From sequence record OR413578.1: a stretch of DNA of 64,000 nt. The stretch is one strand, 5' to 3'. The position numbers were made by a program, and so were the translations under genes. Positions within the stretch are counted from its first letter, which is position 1. Each line of letters starts with the position of its first letter. The notes under the pieces were generated by a model. It did not search any database. It was given only the letters and a program-made list of their open reading frames with translations, and was not told the DNA's origin. This document shows, piece by piece, positions 57,944 through 64,000 of the stretch.

Positions 57944-57993
57944 CGTTACACGTTAACGCTTTAATCGACTATTACCCAGAAGGAGTATTTACA

Positions 57994-58392
57994 ATGACTA
58001 ACCAACTACGCCAAGACCCGTTTGTTGCCATGATGCTTTGTGCTAAAGCCGAGAGCAACGAAGCTGATTTAATTCGTCTGTTGACTGATGACGAATACCT
58101 TATCTCTGAACGTGATAAACGTTTAAAAGAACTCTACAAGCCAGAAACCGGCGAATCGCTCGGTAATCAAAACGCCTGGAAATTTCTTATTCTCGTTGCT
58201 GATGAAAAGTGGCGAGCAGAAAATCCCATCGTCTGTGATATTACAGACCTACCGTACAAATACGGCGGACTCATCACCAGCGACCTGCATCTTAAAGCGT
58301 ACTTTGATGGCGAAGCAATACAAGAGCTGCAAGATGTTCTTATTACAGCAACGAACACTTTGAGACGTTTGCGCGCTGAGCAGCTGATCTGA
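57994..58392 (+). CDS. Hypothetical early protein
   Basis: 132 aa, AAGGAG RBS. Confidence 0.85.
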   Translation: MTNQLRQDPFVAMMLCAKAESNEADLIRLLTDDEYLISERDKRLKELYKPETGESLGNQNAWKFLILVADEKWRAENPIVCDITDLPYKYGGLITSDLHLKAYFDGEAIQELQDVLITATNTLRRLRAEQLI

Positions 58393-58446
58393 TCTCTCAA
58401 AAATAACGAATCGTACAAATCCTTTGACTGTGTAGGAAGGAATAAA

Positions 58447-58836
58447 ATGAAAATCGCAGAGGGGTTAGTAGATGCGTGCAGAGATCCATTTACGCTATGG
58501 GTTCTTTGTGGCTTGCGCCGAGACGATCGTTTCGGTGAGTTTGTTCGAAATCCAGATGCTTTACTAAGCTTCGTAGAAAGCGAGGAGAAGCGTTTAGAGG
58601 AGATTAAAGAGGAAAGTAGTACCCTTACACCAGATATGGTGGTTTATAGCCGTATGACGTCACACAGGTGGCGTACGACCCATCGGCTGAAGGGAACCAC
58701 AATGAAGGAATTGATTGAAGGGTTATCAAAGGCGCTTTCGTCTGATAACATTATCTGGCCGGTGGTGTATACCAACGAAGACCATTCTGATAACGTGAAG
58801 GTTACACTGACACGTTGTTATCACACATTCTCGTAG
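58447..58836 (+). CDS. Hypothetical early protein (possible paralog of the previous gene)
   Basis: 129 aa, AAGGA RBS; DPF..LC and KRL.E motifs shared. Confidence 0.8.
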   Translation: MKIAEGLVDACRDPFTLWVLCGLRRDDRFGEFVRNPDALLSFVESEEKRLEEIKEESSTLTPDMVVYSRMTSHRWRTTHRLKGTTMKELIEGLSKALSSDNIIWPVVYTNEDHSDNVKVTLTRCYHTFS

Positions 58837-58870
58837 TAGTTAATCGACCATTATCGTAAGGAATATTTAC

Positions 58871-59542
58871 ATGCAGGGCACTGAACTCAACAAACTTTGG
58901 GAAAAACTGGTTCGTCAATTCCGCGACTTCTATCGTTATACCGATAGTGCGCATCGCATGGATCACATCAACTCAGTTAAATCAAATGCGATTCGTATCG
59001 CGTATATGCTTGGGCAAACCGAACACCTGAAGCTGATACTGATTGCGGTGGCAGCTCACGATATCTTCTCTACCAAAGAAGACCGTGCGTCACACCACAT
59101 CAAAGGCTATAGCTGGATACTGGATAACAAGCCGGTGCTCAAGCGTAAGTATAAACTTACCGATGATGATTGTTTGACGATTGCTCACGCCGTCTTAGAA
59201 CACCGCAGTTCTCACAAAGGGAACTACAACGGGATTGTCTCTGAGATAGTTGCTGCCGCTGACCGTGGCATACCGTCTGTAGACGATGTAAGCAATTACA
59301 TGCACCGTTCTTATCTGTTTGCCCGTGAACAAGGTAAAAGTAAGGGCGATGCAAAATTCCATGCCGTTGGTCACGTCCAACAGAAATTCGGACGCAACGG
59401 TGTTAGTAACGTCCCTAGCTGGTACGGCACGCTCTTCGCAGAGCGCATTCTGGAACGCAGGGATTTCGTGGAACAGTTAGATATTAACTATTTCACAGAT
59501 ACCATTATCGACGACCTCGAAGCTCGTCTTTCTCACGATTAA
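58871..59542 (+). CDS. HD-domain phosphohydrolase
   Basis: AHRMDH, VAAHDI, AVLEHRS, IVAAADR. Confidence 0.85.
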   Translation: MQGTELNKLWEKLVRQFRDFYRYTDSAHRMDHINSVKSNAIRIAYMLGQTEHLKLILIAVAAHDIFSTKEDRASHHIKGYSWILDNKPVLKRKYKLTDDDCLTIAHAVLEHRSSHKGNYNGIVSEIVAAADRGIPSVDDVSNYMHRSYLFAREQGKSKGDAKFHAVGHVQQKFGRNGVSNVPSWYGTLFAERILERRDFVEQLDINYFTDTIIDDLEARLSHD

Positions 59543-59568
59543 TCACACTGACCTTAAGGAATATTAAG

Positions 59569-60057
59569 ATGGCTGAAGTAACTTCAATGAAAGCACTGCA
59601 CAAACTGATCGCTGAACTGGACACTCCGGCGGCAACCCTGTCCGAAGACCTGGCGCTGAATGCTGACCCGCTGGTTAAGATTTATGCTGACACACTCCCC
59701 GTAACGAAAGTGGGCGATGTGGACTATCGTTTCACGCTGGAAGATGCGGATGCGCTGCGTCAGCACGACGCAAACTTCACTGAACTGTTTGGTGGTGTTG
59801 CCGGTGGTCTGATTGCCGAACGTGCAAAAGCGGACAGCGATGTCGGTGCACTGGATTTAACGCTGGATATCGGTAACGCGGCATTCTCTACCGTGTTCTC
59901 TCGTCCGGTTACTGAAAACCCAACTCAGAAAGAATGGGCGGCGTCCATCTCTTACGGTTTCGGTTCTCCGAAGTCTAAGGCGTTGGAAGGCAAACTGCGT
60001 AAAGAGTTTGCCAAATCCATGATGGCAACTGATGAAGAAGACGAAGACGACGAATAA
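59569..60057 (+). CDS. Hypothetical protein with an acidic C-terminal tail
   Basis: 162 aa ending ATDEEDEDDE; strongly biased codons. Confidence 0.85.
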   Translation: MAEVTSMKALHKLIAELDTPAATLSEDLALNADPLVKIYADTLPVTKVGDVDYRFTLEDADALRQHDANFTELFGGVAGGLIAERAKADSDVGALDLTLDIGNAAFSTVFSRPVTENPTQKEWAASISYGFGSPKSKALEGKLRKEFAKSMMATDEEDEDDE

Positions 60058-60260
60058 TGATTCCGTCCAGCCCAAAGGAACTCGCTGAGCTACTCGGGGC
60101 TAAAGTGGAGTGCCATCCTAATGTGAATCCGGCTACTGGGTTACGTTGGGATGGTACCATTGCGCCACACGAGGAAATCGGTCTTACCGTTACCTTCCCT
60201 AAACCTATGCCGAGGCCGCCGAAGTTAGAAGGGCTTGCTTCGCTATACGGTCGGAAGTAG
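60057..60260 (+). CDS. Small Pro-rich hypothetical protein
   Basis: TAATG coupling; 67 aa. Confidence 0.7.
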   Translation: MIPSSPKELAELLGAKVECHPNVNPATGLRWDGTIAPHEEIGLTVTFPKPMPRPPKLEGLASLYGRK

Positions 60261-60269
60261 TAATCAATG

Positions 60270-60300
60270 GGGTGGTCTTATGACTGCCCTATTTTTTTTT
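60270..60300 (+). terminator. Intrinsic terminator
   Basis: GGGTGGTC-TTAT-GACTGCCC followed by TATTTTTTTTT. Confidence 0.75.
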
Positions 60301-60315
60301 GATTTTGGAGCTACA

Positions 60316-60969
60316 ATGAAGCAACTTAATACTCTCGGTCAGGATGATATCAAACCGATTCCGTCCGATATGAAACGTGAAGACATCATACGCCACATCA
60401 ATCAGATCGGTGACGTGTTTACGTTGTCCATGAAAGCTATACTGGAAGATGCTTTCGAAACCATTGCCGAATATCCGGTTGAAATCATCCCGCACACCAT
60501 CAACGGCTACCAACGTTTCCTCGACACCATTACCAAAGGTAGTAGCGGGCGTATTATCGCGGGCTTTATCATCCGCTTTAAGTGCTTGTTGCAAGTAGAG
60601 CTGGGTGACGAGGTACTCCGTCGGCTGGAACACGAACTCATTAGCATGACCACCAACGACATTCTCGCGGCAGAATCAGGGCAAGGTTATAAAGACGGTA
60701 TGTCTCTCTGGAAGATTGCCCACCCTGACTTGGGCGATGTTCACGAACTCATTAGCATGACCACCAACGACATTCTCGCGGCAGAATCAGGGCAAGGTTA
60801 TAAAGACGGTATGTCTCTCTGGAAGATTGCCCACCCTGACTTGGGCGATGTTCAGCCACCGTCTGAATTCGATGTGCTTGTAACTTATCTGTTATTGCTG
60901 CAAATCAAGAACTTGCTGATTCGTGCCAATGCGCAGCGTGAAATCGATGCTGGCCAACCGAAAAAATAA
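60316..60969 (+). CDS. Hypothetical protein carrying a duplicated 37-aa block
   Basis: ATG 60316 after GGAG. Confidence 0.8.
   Translation: MKQLNTLGQDDIKPIPSDMKREDIIRHINQIGDVFTLSMKAILEDAFETIAEYPVEIIPHTINGYQRFLDTITKGSSGRIIAGFIIRFKCLLQVELGDEVLRRLEHELISMTTNDILAAESGQGYKDGMSLWKIAHPDLGDVHELISMTTNDILAAESGQGYKDGMSLWKIAHPDLGDVQPPSEFDVLVTYLLLLQIKNLLIRANAQREIDAGQPKK
60631..60852 (+). repeat. Perfect tandem duplication, 2 x 111 bp, in frame
   Basis: 60631-60741 identical to 60742-60852 (HELISMTTNDILAAESGQGYKDGMSLWKIAHPDLGDV twice). Confidence 0.98.
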
Positions 60970-61017
60970 AACGTACCTCTCTCCATTTGGAGAGAGGTAA
61001 CGCTTGTTTTTTTTTGT
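60961..61017. terminator. Bidirectional terminator
   Basis: A tract, TACCTCTCTCCA-TT-TGGAGAGAGGTA, T tract. Confidence 0.85.
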
Positions 61018-61018
61018 C

Positions 61019-61894
61019 TTAGCGCATCTGGTTGGCCATCTGCTCGTCGGAGACAGAGTTGTAGCCACCTGGGGTTGCGTTGACGTCCGGGTTGATACCA
61101 TCGGTCTGCTGAGACGGAGTGAGCCACAGTTTGCGTTCGTAAGGACGCAGACCGTACAGCTTCATACGGTCCAGCTCTTTCGCAGCGGCCTGCATCGGAC
61201 CCCAACCTGTCCATTGCTGGGAGGTAAAGGCGATTGACAGTTCGTTAATCTGCGGACCGGTGTTGGTTTCACGCTCACCGATATCCTGGCCAGCGGTTTC
61301 CGGAATCATGTTCGTTAACCACCACGCGTTCTGCGGTTTACGCTGATACGCATCCGGTTCGATGAACAGCACGGTCATGCTGTACATATCCGGCAGGTGG
61401 TCAGGAACGTTCGGGTTGATTGCGGCCAGGCCTGGGTGACCAGTCTGGGGATCACAAACACCGTAAACCAGCCACGCCCACAGCATGTTTTGGTACACCT
61501 TCCCGAGTTTATCCGGGGTGGTGAAGGTAACAGAGGACAGTGCTTCCGTTACCAGACCAGCTTCATACTGGGTGCGGTTGTTACGACCCTGCTGAGTTTC
61601 AACAGCCGCATGGCTCAGGGTTTTATCCAGGCCAGTAATCTCGGAGTGAACCTCGATAAAGGACTTGATAGCCTGACGCCACATCTGCGGGTTCGGCATG
61701 TAATCCACCCAACGAGGGAATTCCATGACGCGCGCAATGACGTTACGACGCAGACGAGAGGCGTTAGTAACGAACTTGCCAACCTGTCCAACCGGGCCGT
61801 TTTGGCCCGAGGAGAACGCGTTGACCATATCGTACTGGCCGCCGTCGACGTGCAGACCCTGATCAGGCAAAATGAGACGATCTTTGATTGCCAT
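61019..61894 (-). CDS. Tail tube protein (SPN3US gp255 / phiKZ gp30-like)
   Basis: 291 aa directly downstream of the sheath gene; LFIEPD..WWLTNMIP motif. Confidence 0.85.
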   Translation of the reverse strand: MAIKDRLILPDQGLHVDGGQYDMVNAFSSGQNGPVGQVGKFVTNASRLRRNVIARVMEFPRWVDYMPNPQMWRQAIKSFIEVHSEITGLDKTLSHAAVETQQGRNNRTQYEAGLVTEALSSVTFTTPDKLGKVYQNMLWAWLVYGVCDPQTGHPGLAAINPNVPDHLPDMYSMTVLFIEPDAYQRKPQNAWWLTNMIPETAGQDIGERETNTGPQINELSIAFTSQQWTGWGPMQAAAKELDRMKLYGLRPYERKLWLTPSQQTDGINPDVNATPGGYNSVSDEQMANQMR

Positions 61895-61897
61895 CTA

Positions 61898-63943
61898 TTA
61901 GCTCTCCCGACGGTAAACTTTGATAGTGGTGTTGAACTGGGTGAGCAGCACACCGCCTTCAGCGATCAGGTCCAGCGTCACAGAGTAACCATTGGATTTA
62001 TCGTCTGCAGTGAAGTACGCCTTCGGAGTGACGACAGCAACGTTATCGAGACGGCCTTCCAGACGTTCGATAATTTTGTTCTCAATCATCTTCGCACGTT
62101 CATCATCCGTCATGGCCGCTTCGCCAGACATGTCCGCCCATACACGGTCGGAAACACGATAGACGTAGGTCATCATGAAGTTGAACAGGGCGTTGTTCAG
62201 TACAGAACGATCTTCGCTGTAGATTGACTGAATCGCCGGAATGAACAAGCGATAGTAGTCGTAGGAACGGGCAGTGATCAGCGACACATCCCAGTCAGAC
62301 GCATACACTTCGTTGCCTTTCCACGGCATACTCAGGTCAGTCAGATCTTCGATAATCGTCAGTTCGCCACGGCTGAAACGATAAGCCGGTTTTGCACGAC
62401 CGTCGCCTGCACCCAGGTACTTCGAGAAGAAGTTCGCCAGGGAGTAGTTCATCGGAACAGGCTTCTTGTAGGAAGAGTTCTTGATGAACGCCGATTGGCC
62501 GGTGACCATACCACGTGCAGCCGGAGTGCCGTAATAGGCAGATTCCGGTACCGCTGTGATCAATTCGATCAGGGCGATTTTTGCACTTTCTTCTGTCTGC
62601 TCATCGTTACGGCCTTGGCTGTAAACATGAGTCGCCAGCGTCAAGAAGGTGTTACGTGAACGACCGATGAAGTTCACGAGCGCAGCTTTAGTATCGAAGC
62701 TAAAGCCAGAGTCCCAGAAACAACCCAGCGAGTATTTCAGCTCGTTGTCGTAACGGACTTTACCGCCATCCGGGAACAGCAGCATTTCACGGCGAACGAG
62801 TTCGTCGTAAACGTCGTTGTTCATGGTACCATCGCTACCACCTTGCAGGTAGTGGATGTTGGATGCGGAGAACACAACTTTACCGGTTTCAGTAGCCGGG
62901 TTTACCTGAAGACCATCGTAAGGCTGGCCCAGTAAATCATAGCCGCCAAAGATGTCAACCATATACGGGTCAGCAGGCGCATCAGTTGTGATAGCGGCCT
63001 GAGCCAAGCCCAGTACAGTTTCCAGGTTCTCGCGATACAGATAGAACTGCTCGAAAGGACCATAATCTGGCAGCTCGCCAATGTCAGGCATCGTCTGACG
63101 ATATGCATCCGCAACAACAACTTCGAAGTCGAGTTGCGTTCTCATCGGCTGATAGTATGCATCGGGCTTAAAGCTAAAATTGATGCTACTCATGCCAGTG
63201 AGAGTTTTCCACACTACCGGAGAAGTCACGCCTGCCAGGGTTTCGAACCATTGCAGGGTGTAAACACGACCACCGACTTCATTTTGATAGGAGGAGGTCA
63301 TAGCCGGGCTGGATTTCTCGCTGAGTGGGATCAGTTTGAAACCGAAACCGTTGACGTCAGCACCCGCATACGGGCCTGCGATATCGAACAACGGATACAG
63401 CTTCGATTTCGTGCCGCCTTCGCCAGTCATCGTCCCCTCGATAACCACACCTGCGCCGATGGCCGGGGTAGTTTCGTCGATTACGACAGAACGGAAGACG
63501 ATTACCAAACCGTCAACTTGTTCTTTGATCTTGGGCTTGCCCGAGTTGTCGTACTGAACGATCCCGTTGCTGTCGCGTTCGTAGGACGGAACTTTCGTTT
63601 CGAGTACGTCGGCGAATACGCGAACACTTGCGGTTTTCGCATCTTCAGGGATCAAGCGCTGATACATACACTCGTTTGCGTTAGCGTTGAACATCGCCTG
63701 ATAGGGCGTGTTGAACGTCGCGTAGGGGCCTCGCAAGTCAAAGACATTGCGACCAAGCAGAGACAGTGCATTATCCCCGGTTAACGGGAACGCCTCGTTG
63801 TCTACCCCGCGCGCGGCAAAGGTGAAGATCAGCGGCTTATGAATTGCGTCACCCGTAGGGGTACGCACAAGCTCGGGGACAGAGTTATCCTGCCAACCTT
63901 GCTTGTTATTCAACGGCGCGCCGTTTCGTGGAATAAAAGTCAT
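61898..63943 (-). CDS. Contractile tail sheath protein (SPN3US gp256 / phiKZ gp29-like)
   Basis: 681 aa; YLQGGSDG, FWDSGFSFDTK, YYGTPAARG sheath-type motifs. Confidence 0.88.
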   Translation of the reverse strand: MTFIPRNGAPLNNKQGWQDNSVPELVRTPTGDAIHKPLIFTFAARGVDNEAFPLTGDNALSLLGRNVFDLRGPYATFNTPYQAMFNANANECMYQRLIPEDAKTASVRVFADVLETKVPSYERDSNGIVQYDNSGKPKIKEQVDGLVIVFRSVVIDETTPAIGAGVVIEGTMTGEGGTKSKLYPLFDIAGPYAGADVNGFGFKLIPLSEKSSPAMTSSYQNEVGGRVYTLQWFETLAGVTSPVVWKTLTGMSSINFSFKPDAYYQPMRTQLDFEVVVADAYRQTMPDIGELPDYGPFEQFYLYRENLETVLGLAQAAITTDAPADPYMVDIFGGYDLLGQPYDGLQVNPATETGKVVFSASNIHYLQGGSDGTMNNDVYDELVRREMLLFPDGGKVRYDNELKYSLGCFWDSGFSFDTKAALVNFIGRSRNTFLTLATHVYSQGRNDEQTEESAKIALIELITAVPESAYYGTPAARGMVTGQSAFIKNSSYKKPVPMNYSLANFFSKYLGAGDGRAKPAYRFSRGELTIIEDLTDLSMPWKGNEVYASDWDVSLITARSYDYYRLFIPAIQSIYSEDRSVLNNALFNFMMTYVYRVSDRVWADMSGEAAMTDDERAKMIENKIIERLEGRLDNVAVVTPKAYFTADDKSNGYSVTLDLIAEGGVLLTQFNTTIKVYRRES

Positions 63944-64000
63944 GGAACGTCTCCATATATTCGTCTTAAAGACCTGATGGTCATACTAAGGATCATACTC

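Noticed and set aside
61397-63784. Long plus-strand ORFs (276 aa, 216 aa) opposite the tube and sheath genes
   Set aside because: Antisense shadows of strongly codon-biased genes; no RBS or recognisable motifs
1-64000. CRISPR array, rRNA, transposase or integrase
   Set aside because: No spaced direct repeats or matching motifs seen; the only long repeat is the 111-bp tandem duplication

Overview
64 kb from a phiKZ-related jumbo myophage. Gene sizes and order match my recollection of Salmonella phage SPN3US, roughly gp185-gp256; the gp equivalents quoted are from memory and synteny, not from a search. Core genes recognised from motifs: SbcC/Rad50 ATPase, RNase HI, DEDDh exonuclease, RecA/UvsX-like ATPase, thymidylate synthase, MazG-like pyrophosphatase, three clear split virion RNA polymerase subunits (plus a probable fourth), a 2373-aa tape measure with lytic transglycosylase, prohead protease, tail tube and tail sheath. 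Early-type accessory clusters lie between them, preceded by a repeated AGA(T/C)A(T/G)AT(A/G)TTA(C/T) promoter motif and bounded by strong intrinsic terminators. Best leads: (1) a stand-alone 62-aa peptide copying the redox-active C-terminal tail of ribonucleotide reductase NrdA; (2) a 72-aa protein copying the EF-Tu N-terminus with a dead P-loop, next to a GNAT gene with a highly structured leader RNA; (3) four tandem secreted Cys-paired paralogs; (4) macrodomain plus NADAR-like candidates against DarTG; (5) a catalytically dead MazG paralog; (6) promoter-hairpin-terminator leaders with a shared AATCGACTAT box; (7) an exact in-frame 111-bp tandem duplication. No CRISPR array, canonical tRNA, rRNA, intron or transposase was seen.
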